Assembly: GCA_030704615.1 (NCBI GenBank)
Contig: CM060732.1
Coordinates: 74,958,001 to 75,022,000, forward strand
Reading direction: 5' to 3'
DNA: 64,000 nt
Source: Takakia lepidozioides
Lineage: Eukaryota > Plantae > Bryophyta
Part shown: positions 1 to 11,547 of the stretch, piece after piece
Numbering within the stretch: position 1 is the stretch's first letter
Layout of the letters: every line of letters begins with the position of its first letter
Translations under genes and position numbers: made by a program
The notes under the pieces: generated by a model
The model's input: the letters and a program-made list of their open reading frames with translations, nothing else
What the model was told of the DNA's origin: nothing
Database searches by the model: none

Positions 1-360
1 GGTCTCCAAAGCATTCCTGCCACACCTATCCTTGGTAAATCCTACCAACATTATATTCCACGTGATCAAAGATCGTTGAGGCACTCTGTGGAAAACTTGG
101 TGAGCATCCATGACTCCCACACTTAACATACATGTTGGCAAGGGTGTTGAGTAGAAAAACATTTGGCACGAATCCACTTTGGATAATGTGAGTGTGCACC
201 TGTTTCCAGCTTCCAGACCTTTCATCTTGATGCACTTAAGCAAGAGACAGACATACGTATCTGAATCTGCTGAAATGCCTCGTTGGTTTAAAGTCTGTAG
301 AGCCTCTGTCAGTCTGCCTGCCTCACAAAGCATCTTCACATGCTTAGCATCCTTGCCTTG
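1..360 (-). pseudogene. PLS-class PPR gene 5' part, frameshifted, runs off the window edge
   Basis: Reads KMLCEAGRLTEALQTLNQ...KQVHTHIIQSGFVPNVFLLNTLANMYVKCGS, then a frameshift, then MDAHQVFHRVPQRSLITWNIML. Paralogous to the start of the 3422-4915 ORF. Confidence 0.8.
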
Positions 361-465
361 CTGCTAGCACCTGACAATGACAGCCTAGATTTGTTCTAGG
401 AAACACCCAACACAACTTATCACATTAGTTCCCTATGGTGTCTCTGTAATCCAACAGGCATTCAC

Positions 466-555
466 CTTTTTGCCTCGATTGTCCCACCATTGACTGAGGT
501 CAGAAAAGTATTCATTCCACAGCTTCTCCTCGTCTCAGCTGTTACCTGATACTTT
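466..555 (-). other. OSB-type PDF motif, first-half exon remnant (EEKLWNEYFSDLSQWWDNRGKK|GT)
   Basis: Minus-strand translation with a GT donor at 465-464. Near-identical layout to exon 5332-5238. Confidence 0.75.
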
Positions 556-726
556 CTTGTTGTCACATTGGCAGTACCATGTCAAAGTCGCTCCAAACTA
601 TCAAAGGCTCACTCAACCAGCTAACTTGCAGAATTCAACCTGAAAATTTAGGGCCGATTCTGATAAGAGGGAAAACAGGGTGAAATGTGTTGAAGAAGGT
701 GCCTTCATTAGCAGTGCTTGAGTATA

Positions 727-1180
727 TCATTGTGCCGCTGCTGCTGCGGCTTCCAGTTGACCATTTATCCATGCAGGTTTCTTGTAGCTATTGATCCATC
801 TGGTACATTTCCAGCTTTGGTGATGCAACCATGCACCTCTTTGCCCTTTTCTAGGGCTGCCAGGCTTGCACATGCACTGCACGTACACAAACATGATGTG
901 GTCAAGCTTCACCCCTTCCCCCATCATTTGTTTTCAGGTCTCCAAAGCCCCATCCGACGCCCCTGCTCTGCACACCCTGTAAGCAATGCGTTCTACGACA
1001 CCACATCTCATTCAGCCATAGCGTTGAACACTGCCTTGGCATCCTCGATGCACCCACATTTGGCCACCAGGGCAGGGGCAGTGTTCAGAATGACATCTGG
1101 TAATCTGACCGACCATCAACCCAAAATGACGTCTTAAGTGTGCTGTTTGTGTCTGTAGTCAGGTAATGTCAGATTTGTCC
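727..1180 (-). pseudogene. Chimeric remnant: PDYRHK half-motif, degenerate PPR repeat, then PDF tail (WINSYKKPAWINGQLE)
   Basis: PDVILNTA..AKCGCIEDAKAVFNAMAE*DVVS*NA with stops. Flanked by TLPDYRHK at about 1170 and KKPAWINGQLEAAA at about 790-745. Confidence 0.65.
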
Positions 1181-1363
1181 ATGAGAACCACCACAAAGCA
1201 GCTGAGCGTGATTGAAACACGGCCTGCTAAGACCAAGCTGACTCTCCCAAGTACCTTGTAAACATCAGGAAGAATACCAAATCATGGTACTAACAGGAGC
1301 CAAAAGCCCACATTTGCAGGATGGACAAATTTCTTCACATCCTACATTAAGAAAAAGCCACAC

Positions 1364-1430
1364 CTTGCGATTGCGATTGTTCCACCATCGTGAAGGATCT
1401 GTAAAAAACTCATGCCAGCTCTGCTCCGTG
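1364..1430 (-). other. OSB-type PDF motif, first-half exon (TEQSWHEFFTDPSRWWNNRNRK)
   Basis: Open 67-nt segment between a TTGCAG acceptor and a GTGTGG donor. Matches the W..FF..P..WWDNR..K pattern. Confidence 0.8.
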
Positions 1431-1820
1431 CTGCAAATTCAGGGAACAAAAACAGTCAGAGAAGCAGGTCACATTTTATTTGGAGACACAGATATTTGAA
1501 GTCGAAGGTCAATAACATATGGAGGAGTTAACTAGATGTGGTTAAAGATTTCCAGAATGATTTCCCAATGATTTCAAGACCACACTGTTCGTTCATAGTT
1601 CATACATAATGTTTTAGGGAGAGACACCAAAAGAGAAAACTCCATTCCAGGGTTAGCCAAGGTACAATAAGCTTGAAAGCCAAACACTGACTTCATGTGC
1701 ATGTGACTTTGCTAAGAAACATTTGGTAACACATGAAAAGTTTTCCAGCCACCAGTATAACCAAAGAGAATGACCCCATCAGTGTGACTCACCAAAATTG
1801 ACTACTCTGATATGTGAAAT

Positions 1821-2310
1821 CTACACTTTCACAACATATTTTCGCAAGGGGAAATACGCCTCTTTCTTCTTCTGTTTCTCTGTTTTCAAAGAAGGCTGCA
1901 ACCATCTCAACCCATTCTTCGTTATGACGTGAAATAAGATATATTAAATGCTCAGCAGGGCCTTTGGAAAACAACTGCCATCACATAGAAAACTACTGCT
2001 GCAAAACAATGAAGCATTAACTGAAAAGTGCTGAAGGAAGAGAGATCCAGCCATGGATGAGTTACCAGGACTAAGAGCCCATTTCTCCCAAAGGGGTACT
2101 ACTCATGGCTGCTAATATAGTTACAATTCCAAGGACACAATACCTACATCTGCAGACTCAAGATGGGGCATGCATCATTACAGGGGGCACGTGAAGTAAA
2201 AAACCCTAACTGGCCATACATTTTGGATAGCTTATTTGGTGCGCCACCCGTCACCTTCGCCACTCTCAGAAGAGCAAGCTCTGCCTTTAGCTCCTTCAAC
2301 TGTGCCCACA
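1821..2310 (-). pseudogene. RPL35: 60S ribosomal protein L35 (uL29) gene fragments
   Basis: 2310-2220 encodes [28 protein letters not shown] followed by a GT donor. 1895-1821 encodes (P)SLKTEKQKKKEAYFPLRKYVVKV*, the L35 C-terminus, after an AG acceptor. N-terminus and middle exon were not found. Confidence 0.85.
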
Positions 2311-2445
2311 ACGATAGTCCCCCGTGCATAGCATCAGGTGTCCGTTTCATTCCAAAAGACATCGTCACTACCAAAAGTTTTAGCCTGACCTGATTGATGA
2401 GGGCAAAACTGGCTGAAAATAGGTCAAAGAAGAAGGTGCCCTCAC

Positions 2446-2560
2446 CACATTGTCCTCGTCCTTGTGTCATGACCCATTGAGGATTTGACTGACCATGAAC
2501 CCAAACGGACCTCTTGTGTGTGCTGCTTGTGTCTGTAGTCCGGTAATGTCGGATTGGTCC
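2446..2560 (-). other. Degenerate PDF second-half exon ([10 protein letters not shown]../..[11 protein letters not shown])
   Basis: Motif split across two frames, GTGAG donor at 2445. Homologous to 50486-50375. Confidence 0.65.
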
Positions 2561-2840
2561 ATGAGAACCACCACGGTGCAGCTGAGCGAACAGAGATTGA
2601 AACATGACCTGCTAAGAAATCCGCTCCTCGACAACCACCACGGTGCAGCTGAGCGAGCAGAGATTGAAGCACGACCTGCTAAGACCAACCTGGCGGGGAG
2701 CGGATTGGTCCATGAGAACCACCACGGTTCAGCTGAACGAGCAGAGATTGAAACATGACCTGCTAAGAAATCCGCTCCTCGAGAACCACCACGGTGCAGC
2801 TGAGCGAGCAGAGATTGAAGCACGACCTGCTAAGACCAAC
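2551..2840. repeat. Tandem repeat: 2 x ~150 bp, each with two ~70-80 bp subunits
   Basis: Core ACCACCACGGTGCAGCTGAGCGA.CAGAGATTGAA.CA.GACCTGCTAAGA occurs four times. Single copies occur at about 1185-1235 and 50495-50550. Confidence 0.9.
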
Positions 2841-3269
2841 ACGAGGACATAGTGCGCGCAACAGCGATAGGGCTTAGTGGGGCTTAGTGCATGAGGGGAA
2901 AAAAACACTACGAGAAGAGTTTGAAACCGCGATGCCACGGCGGCCAGGGAGAACCCTTACCAGTAAGCTACATACACCCATTTGACATTTCTCCCTAAAA
3001 GTATGTATATATACTTTTGTAAATTTTTCAGCCTGATAGTTTGTATGTGGGGTACTAAATTAACCCCCTTTTGTTCACGCACATGATAGGTACATCTCTT
3101 GATGGATGAATGTATTCAGAGATAGCTGGATTTTGGGTTTTCCATCGAACCATGCGTTCATACATTCATCCAATAGTTGCTTTATCATTCATTCATACGT
3201 TCATCCAGTGCGCATCATTGCACTTCCCTGAACCCCTGCCTTTGTTTCTCGAGTCACTCCAGCTGAACT

Positions 3270-3421
3270 CCGCCTCCTTCATCTGCCCAGACAATCTCCT
3301 CGGCTCAGGATGGATTCCTCATTTTGTGGATGCAATTTCTCATCTTCCACGAACGTGTGCACCCTTTAGCCTACCTCTATGCAGCAGTGACCTGGCTGCT
3401 CTCTGACACCTCTGATTTTCA
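3270..3421 (-). pseudogene. Out-of-frame E2/PG-box/E+ remnant of the PPR gene
   Basis: After KVRK* a 1-nt shift gives MKIRGVREQPGHCCIEVG*RVHTFVEDEKLHPQ...RLSGQMKEA. No HSE/CxxC region follows. Confidence 0.75.
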
Positions 3422-5332
3422 TCATTTTCTCACCTTTGCAATGTTGTCCCACTTGCCAGCTGCAGCATAGATGTTTGATAGCAACACATAAGTTGTAGCA
3501 TCCTGTCCATCCCACTTGAAAATAAACTTTGCTGCACGTTCAGCCACTTCAACATTGCCATGAATTCTGCAGGCACCAAGCAAGACTTTCCACACCACAG
3601 CATCCCGTTGGACTGGCATTTCGTCTATCAAGTCCTCTGCCTCACCCAATCGCCCCACACGGCCAAGAAGGTCCACCATGCAACCAAAGTGCTCCACTGT
3701 TGGAGTGAGGCCATGGTCTTGCCTCAGGGAAACAAAGTAGTGCTTGCCTTCATCCACTAGGCCCCCATGACTACATGCTTGAAGAACGCCTGTAAAGGTG
3801 ATACTGTTCGGCTTCAAACCTTCCTTTTGCATTCGTTCAAATAATTGCAGGGCCTCCCTTTGGCAACCATGCTGGGCATATCCTGCGATCATTGCACTCC
3901 ATGACACCAGATTTTGTTCAACCATATTGTCAAAGACTCCCTTTGCATCCTCAATGCTCCCACATTTCGCATACATGTCCACAAGGGAATTGTTGAGAAT
4001 CATATTTGGTACAATTCCAGCGTTCATGATGTCAGCATGGACCTCTTTGCCCTTTTCAAGGGCTGCCAGGCTGGCACACGCATTGCAAGCGCAAACAAAA
4101 CTGACCTGATCAGGTTTCAACCCTTCCTGCATCATTTGCTCATAGGTCTCCAAAGCCTCCCTCTCACACCCATGCTGGGCATATCCTGCGATCATCGCAC
4201 TCCAAGACACCACATCTCGTTTAGCCATACTGCTGAACACTCCCTTTGCATCTTCAATGCTCCCACACTTAGCATACATGTCCACTAAGGCAGTGTCCAG
4301 AATAACATCTGGTACAATCCCGGCTTTCATAATGTCAGCATGGACCTCTTTGCCCTTTTCCAGGGTTGCCAGGCTGGCACATGCTTTGAGAACACAAACA
4401 AAAGTGACCTGGTTGGGCATCACTCCCTCCTGCATCATTTGCTCATAGAACTTAAAGGCATTCCTGAAACACCTATTCTTGGTATATCCTGCCATCATTA
4501 CAGTCCATGAAACTGTATTTCGTTCAGGCATTTTGTCAAACACATGGTGTGCATCCATGATGCTCCCACACTTGACATACATGTTGACAAGGGTGTTGTA
4601 TAGAAACAGGCTTGGCTTAAATCCACTTTTGATTATGTGGGCATGAACCTGCTTTCCAGCTGCTAGGCCTTTCATCTTGATGCACTTATGCAAGAGACAA
4701 ACATAAGTATCAGAGTCTACAGATATGCCTCCTTGGTTCAAAATGTGGAGAGCCTCTTTCAGCTGTCCTTCCTCACAGAGTATCCTCACATGCCCACAAG
4801 TGCCAGAAGAGATCTTGTTAACTCCCTCACAAGGTCCTTTTTCAGAAGCAGTGGTCATGGTGGAGGTGCCTGCTTCTATCAACTGTGACGCTGCAGCTTC
4901 TAATTGACCATCCACCCATGCGGATTTCTTGTCACTACCAATCTCAATGGTATTCTTGTGCTTGAAATCTGGACCTCTCAGATGGATCTACACCCACACT
5001 CCATCACTATATCCTTCAGATATCCCCATGAGAATAATAATGCATAAATCCTACCCTTTGCTGCTGGTAGCTGACAGTGACAACATAGAAATTGTCAAGC
5101 AAATACCCCAACCCTACTTACCACACCCTATGCAGAATTGATGTAAAAATGTCTTGTAGAGAGGGGGAGGATAAGAAAGTTTTTGAATGCATCTTGTTGA
5201 CTCCTTCTGTTTCTGCTCTGACATAACAGGCATTCACCTTTCTGCCTGCATTGTCCCACCATTGACAGGGGTTTGAAAAATATTTCTTCCAAAGCTTCTC
5301 CTCATCTATGTTCACAGTTTTCGGATATGTGC
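3422..5332 (-). CDS. PLS-class PPR-E protein with N-terminal OSB-type PDF motif; C-terminus cut by a frameshift (possible pseudogene)
   Basis: Exon 5332-5238 (EEKLWKKYFSNPCQWWDNAGRK), GT-AG intron 5237-4988, then exon 4987-3422 (IHLRGPDFKHKNT...SAWVDGQLE, three PLS triplets with MYxKCGS, P2L2S2, E1/E2). The splice is in frame with the 497-aa ORF. Confidence 0.85.
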
Positions 5333-5469
5333 CTGCAACCCATTGGTGACACAGCAATAAACATTCAGAACCACCATAGATCCTCCCAATGAGATAACTT
5401 AAAACTCATCATGAAAATAGGGATGAATTGATAAGAGGACAAAACAGGCATATGCAAGTTGAAGAAGGT

Positions 5470-6517
5470 GCCCTTAGCTAGTGTAGCTTTCGATAACATT
5501 CATGCAAGTCACCAAGGGCTCTATCTGAAGTAACACACGGAGGAAGATACAAACATCTTCGAATTTAAGGATGCTAAGCAAGCTTTGCGCATGACAAGGC
5601 CTCCCCTCTAATCAAGCTCATTGAGATCTTTCCACCATTAACAGCCTGTTCTCGCCATTGTATTGTGGCCATTAGCTTTTCTTTCACCCAAGGAGACCAA
5701 CCCACATGTCACCGGACATTCTGTGTGCACTGCTTATGTCTGTAGTCTGGAGATTTTGGATTGGTCTGAAAACCACGAGGGTGCTGCTGAGTAGGTACAC
5801 TTCTGACCAAGCCACAACCCTTAACCACCCGAGATTCTAACTCAACTCAACAACTAGGTGTGCAATCCAGTCCACGAAATACTATCATATCAGAGTCAGT
5901 CAAAGTCCCTCCATGACAGACTACTTCACATCGTACATGCAGAAAGCACACCTTGTCAACCCTGTAGTCCCACCCTTGTGAAGGATCTCTAAGGAAATCC
6001 GGCCAGGTTTGTCCCATGCTCCAATATTGACCTACGTGCCAGATATACCAGAGGGCAAAGCATGTCGATTACAGCCCTTGTCTGACTACCCTGTGTGCTT
6101 CTTTGCTTATCGACCAGATTACTTACTATTGGATAGGTCAAAGGAAAATTCAAGCCTGGATTGTGCAGTGCATACAACAGAGAATCCAAAGGGATCACCT
6201 AATTTCACTGGCGTCATGAAGGTCTGGGAGGAGCCATAGCCACCACTTGCAAAGGGCTCCATCGTTGGCGCTTTGGCCAAGGGGATGCCGGTTTCAGCTT
6301 CAGAGCCCAATCCCTTAATCTGCAGCACGATGTGAGGGCTCTTGCTCGAGAAGACAGGGCCTCGGGTATGGAGTCCGCATGCGCAATCGGGAGAATGTCG
6401 CAGCACGCTGTCATCCCCACCATTGACTGAGAGACAAGCAGAATACAATTTTGGGTACAATCCACCTCGTGCACTTCGAAGCGATGCAAGAAATGATTGC
6501 ACCACCAGGCTACTCAT
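5470..6517 (-). other. Putative further 5' exons of the PDF-PPR gene: transit-peptide-like exon and a second PDF motif
   Basis: 6517-~6244 reads MSSLVVQSFLASLRSARGGLY (S/R/L-rich, non-acidic start). 6031-5952 reads WPDFLRDPSQGWDYRVDK|GT. From 5765 reads TNPKSPDYRHK, with a TGA at 5711-5709 and a damaged donor (CTAAG) near 5477. Confidence 0.55.
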
Positions 6518-7432
6518 CCAGCTTGTGCTAACCCTTCGTAATCTCCCTTGCTGTCTATGTCTGCTACCCTATCTCCTCACGGATCTATCGAACACGGGAT
6601 AGACACTCGTCTTCCACATCTGCATCTGCGTGGCTTTGCCTTGAATTTGTGTTCTAAGGTCCACTTATAAGTTCTCAGGTCTCCAGTCTCATCCACGTAT
6701 GTAGGTGGTGCGGGCCTTGGGGACCACTCTTTCGCCAGGTTTCCAATCAGATCTTTTGCAACCATTGCCTCTGTAGCCGCAGTGATGGCTGGAGCTCCTG
6801 CCACTTCCCTGACACTTTGCAGGGTTGTACCCCACTTCTTCACGCTTGCTCGGGTGAAGCTCAGGGCAGCTGTTTCTAAGCGTGAGCAGTGCCAGGAGTT
6901 CAGAGACGGGATCCGCAGTATGGCCGAGATACAGTTGTTGCTACGGTTGTCTGGTTCACACCAACCTGCAGCTCTTAGGCTCTTTTTCAATTGATGCGTT
7001 TCAACATTGTTTCGGCAGAGAATACAACCTGCCTGTACCCGCAAAAAATCAGTTGTCCAACAAATTTGATTTCCGTGGTGTTCTCCTTGATATCCATATG
7101 CTTTTACAATGCACGGGAAGATCTGAGGCTATGGGACTAAGTGCTCCCATGATCAGGTTGTGTCGCCAAAACAGATGTTGCAGCAAAAAATGTCGCGCAG
7201 AGAGGTAGATTTCCTCAGTAACCTAATCACGTTGAGGACCTGCGCGATTGGCAGCACAGATAAAGTGGTACAGGATTAGGAGAGCTCCGGCCATGAGCTT
7301 CACACATTTGTGGGATGCATCAGCTTATTGCATTCGCGGGCGTGGAGTTTAGAATTCTTGGGTGTCGACGATGAAACACCTTGGTGGCACGGACGGAGGA
7401 AAGACTGTGGCGGGAGCCACGGGGATAAAGAG

Positions 7433-7576
7433 ATGTCGGGATTCGTGGTTGCCGTGGTGTCCGAATCCCCTATACAAATGTGGGCCGTGGTGGTGGCGGG
7501 CATCTGTGTGCTCTTTGCACTTCTCCTCTCCACCCTCTTCCTTCCTGGTCATCCATCGACCTACAACGACCCTGAG
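7433..7576 (+). pseudogene. First-exon fragment of a LAZ1/TMEM184 (DUF300)-like gene
   Basis: MSGF...WAVVVAGICVLFALLLSTLFLPGHPSTYNDPE|GT resembles the LAZ1-family first transmembrane segment ending H..YN.PE. No downstream exons seen. Confidence 0.55.
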
Positions 7577-8689
7577 GTTTGGAAAATCTTTTTTCTTCGT
7601 GCGTATGATGTCTTTTAATTCTGTGCCTGTGGTCCGTTCTCTGCCAACCTTCACGGGATTGGTCAAGGAGTACATCTTTCTTGTTTGTCTTTCCATGAAA
7701 GTGTGATGCCACACAGTTTTATAAGTCTCTCTGTCCCTTAGGCACGCACCGGCCTCCCCCAACCTCTCTCTCACACACATAAAACACACCAGACCACACC
7801 ACCCACACCCTAAAAGGTTCTGAGTTCATTGAATGCAGCTCCTTGGCAAGAAGCATCTGCAGTGACAACATGTACATATGATAGGGCAGGTGGACTCTTG
7901 ACTTTATCAATCTGTATCAGAGCCCATGATTGAAATCCAATTGCATCATCTGTTTTTCCCACAGAAGCATTTAAGATCACCAAATGTCAGCAGAAATGAG
8001 GGCCCCTGGATTGGTGGTTGGACGAATTCTCCTTGGTTGAAAGAAGAGCTGGCTGCTGCGTCCCAAGGTGGAGCACAATCTGCGAATGGTATAGATTATG
8101 GTCAAAGGACACAATTTGGTCAAACATGGGCTGTGGAGGAATGTATCACCTAGTCAGCCTGGCTTGAAAGGTGCCTTGGCCACCCGAAGCTCCTTAAGTG
8201 TTTACTTCAACATCTGTACTTTGGTATTTCTGCTATGTTTCTCACGAGTGTCAAGTAGCTAAGGACCCTAGACTAACTAGCAGAATTGTTATCCAAAGCT
8301 GCAGTCGCATTTCCTCCGGGCAGTAAGGAAATTGGAAGTTGGCAAGTTCTCATTTTACTTATTGCATTCAGGTCTGGCAATGAGCAAAAAATCGGAGCTC
8401 TTCCAAGAGCCTTCACAGTCAAGTGACAAGAGGCCGGATAAGGTAATCTAGTTAGGGTGTTAAAAAGTTTGTAGTGAGAGCTTGTGATTGGAAGGTTGAT
8501 GTTTGATATATCAGAATTCCAGAGTTTTCTAAGAGTACTGATGATTTCTTCTTGTCCCAACAAAGCAGCTAATGCGGTTCATACTTCATACTGTTGGTAT
8601 GAAGAAGTTTTTCTTTCTTGTTAGCAGGACATAAAAATAGGTGCTCAACGTTGTTCCCTATTGTGTGAGTAGTGGTTTGGTGGCTGTAG

Positions 8690-11547
8690 CCTGGTGCAGA
8701 CTTTAAACATAAGGACACAAAAGAGACCCTTTGGATTGAAGGTTGGTTGGACCCACATTGTGTGCATTTGGAGCTATTAGCTACAGTACGAGGTCCAGCA
8801 CAATGTGGTGATGGTTGTAACAGTGAGGTTTACCATGGAGCTGCAGGCCGAGATTACAAATGGTAATATTTGGGTTTGCATTTATATCACAAAGCATATT
8901 ATGTTTGTACAGTTATCTAAATGTAGAGTGCAGTGTTTTAGATCCTGCAGTATTAATAGCAAGCTGCCTGTCCTCATAAAGAGGTCAGAGTTTGAATTAT
9001 GTAGGAGCTTTGAGATGTGTTATGTGAATTCATTGGTGACGGTTGCAACTAATTATGCTTTAGTCATGCAGGAGGATGGCAATGTTGAATTGGACACAGT
9101 TGATTGAAACACATAACTCTTTGCCCATTCTTTTCAAAAGAGGACAGAGAGAGGGAATCAACAAGAACTCCTCTGGCACCTGTGAGAATATGAGGACTCT
9201 ATGTAAGGCAGGGCAACTGAAAGAGGCACTTCACATTTTGAATCAAAGATGTGTTTGGGCAGACTCCACTACTTATTTCTATCTCTTGCAGGAGTGCATC
9301 AAGATGCAAGGCCTGGCAGAGGGAAAGCAGGTGCATGCCCACATCATGCGAAGTGGATTCAAGCCAAATGTGTTTCTGTTCAATACCCTTGTCAACATGT
9401 ATGTCAAGTGTGGGAGGCTGGTTGATGCACAAGAAGTGTTTGAGAAAATGCCTGAACGAGATTTGTTTACATGGAATATTTTGATAGCAGGATATGCCAA
9501 GCATGGGTTGGGGAGGGAGGCTTTGGGAATCTATGAGAAAATGATACGGGAAAGGGTGATGCCAAACAAGATTACATTCATTTGTGTTCTCAATGCATGT
9601 GGTGGCCTGATAGCCCTGGAGAAGGGCAAAGCAGTTCATGCTGACATCGGCAAAGCCAGAGTTGTACCAGATATTGTTCTGGACACTGCTCTTGTCTCCA
9701 TGTACGCCAAATGCGGGAGCATAAAGGATGCTCGTGAGGTGTTTAACAATATGGCTCAACAAAATGTGGTCTCATGGAATGCCATAATTGCAGGGTATGC
9801 CAAACATAGGTTTGGTATGGAGGCTTTGGAGATCTATGAGCAGATGATAGGGGAAGGGGTGATGCCCAACAAGGTCACATTCACTTGTGTTCTCAATGCA
9901 TGTGCCAGCCTGGTAGACCTGGTAAAGGGGAAGGAGCTCCATGCCGACATCAGGAAAGCAGGAATTGGTTCAGATGCCATTCTAGAAAATGCCCTCATTG
10001 ACATGTATGCCAAATGTGGGAGCATGAAGGATGCGTGTCGAGTGTTTGACCATATGTCTCACCGAAATGTTGTCTCCTGGAGTGTGATGATCGCAGGATA
10101 TGCTCAGCATGGGTATGGTAGGGAGGCTTTAGAGTCCTATGAGCAAATGATACGGGAAGGGGTGACGCCTGATAAGGTCACATTCACTTGTGTTGTCAAT
10201 GCATGTGCCAGCCTGGGAGTCTTGCAAAAGGGCAAAGAGGTTCACGCTTTTATTACTAAAACTAGAATTGCACCAGATGTGATCCTGGTGACTGCTCTGG
10301 TTGCCATGTATGCCAAATGCGGGAGCATGAAGGATGCACACCTATTGTTCGATAACATGGCTCAGCGAAATTTGGTTGCATGGAGTGCAATGATTGCAGG
10401 ATATGTTCAGCATGGATGTAGTAGGAAGGCTGTCAAGATCTATGAGCAAATGAGACGGGAAGGAGTGATGCCCAACAAGGTCATATTCACTTGCATTCTC
10501 AATGCCTGTGCCAGCCTGGCAGCCCTGGAGAAAGGCAAAGAGGTTCATGAGGACATAATGGAAGGTAGAATTGAGCCTGATATCATTCTGGTGAATAGCC
10601 TTGTCAACATGTATGCCAAATGCAGCAGTATCAAGGATGCACGGCAAGTGTTCAATAATATGACTGTACGAGATGTGGTCTCATGGAACACCATAATAGC
10701 AGGATATTCTCAACTTTGTTGCGGTTTGGAGGCTTTTGAGATCTATAGACAAATGATATGGGAAGGGGTGGCACCGGACAAGGTGACGTTCATTTGCCTT
10801 CTCAATGCATGTGCAAACCTAGCAGCCTTGGAAAAGGGCATGGAGGTTCATGCTGACATCGTCAAAGCTGGAATTCCTCGGGATATAATTCTGGAGAATG
10901 CCCTTGTCGACATGTATGCCAAATGTGGGAGCGTGAAGGACGCACGTCAAGTGCTCAACAATATGGCTCAACGAGACGTAGTCTCCTGGAATGCAATGAT
11001 CGCAGGATATGGGCAGCATGGTTGTGCTATGGAAACCCTGCAACTGTTTGAAGAAATGCAACAGGAGGGCTTGAAGCCGGACTGTATTACATTTGTATCC
11101 CTTCTCTCTGCATGTAGCCATGTGGGCCTAGTGGATGAAGGCTGTCACTTCTTTGATTCCATGAGTCAAGATCATGGCCTTACTCCTACAGTGGAGCACT
11201 TCAGCTGCATGGTGGACCTTCTTGGCCGTGCAGGTCAGCTGGATGAGGCCGAGGACTTCATTAGCGAAATGCCAATGGAACCAGGTGATGCAGTGTGGCG
11301 GGCCTTGCTTGGAGCCTGTAGAGTTCATGGGGATGTGGAGCGAGCAGAATACGTGGCAAAATGCCTTCTCGAATTGGATCCACAAGACTCTTCCACTTAT
11401 GTGCTGTTATCAAACATCTATGCTGCAGCGGGCAGGTGGGATGATCAAGTGAAGGTAACAAAGATGATGAAGGCCAGGGGCGTCATGAAGGAGCCAGGGA
11501 ACAGCTGCATTGAGATTGACCATCAGGTGCATATATTTGAAAATTAG
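8690..11547 (+). CDS. PLS-class PPR protein (six PLS triplets, P2L2S2, E1-E2, PG box) with upstream PDF-motif exon; DYW domain out of frame
   Basis: 823-aa ORF 9076-11547. Upstream exon 8690-8862 (PGADFKHKDTKETLWIEGWLDP...) can splice via GT-AG intron 8863-9071 in frame (TG|G AGG ATG). Confidence 0.85.

Noticed and set aside
1789-1974. 61-aa ORF MFSKGPAEH... as a gene
   Set aside because: The meaningful reading is another frame, which encodes the RPL35 C-terminus.
2551-2840. Repeated MLQSLLAQLHRGG ORFs as a tandem transit peptide, or the repeat as a CRISPR-like array
   Set aside because: The single copy at 50487-50550 shows this unit is the intron 3' end before a PDY exon. Spacers are not unique and the context is eukaryotic.
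6577-7044. 155-aa minus-strand ORF upstream of the PDF-PPR gene
   Set aside because: No recognisable family and no supportable splice link to the gene.
9199-11461. Antisense and alternate-frame ORFs over the PPR, transporter and LRL genes
   Set aside because: Shadow ORFs arising from repetitive or GC-rich coding sequence, with no recognisable domains.
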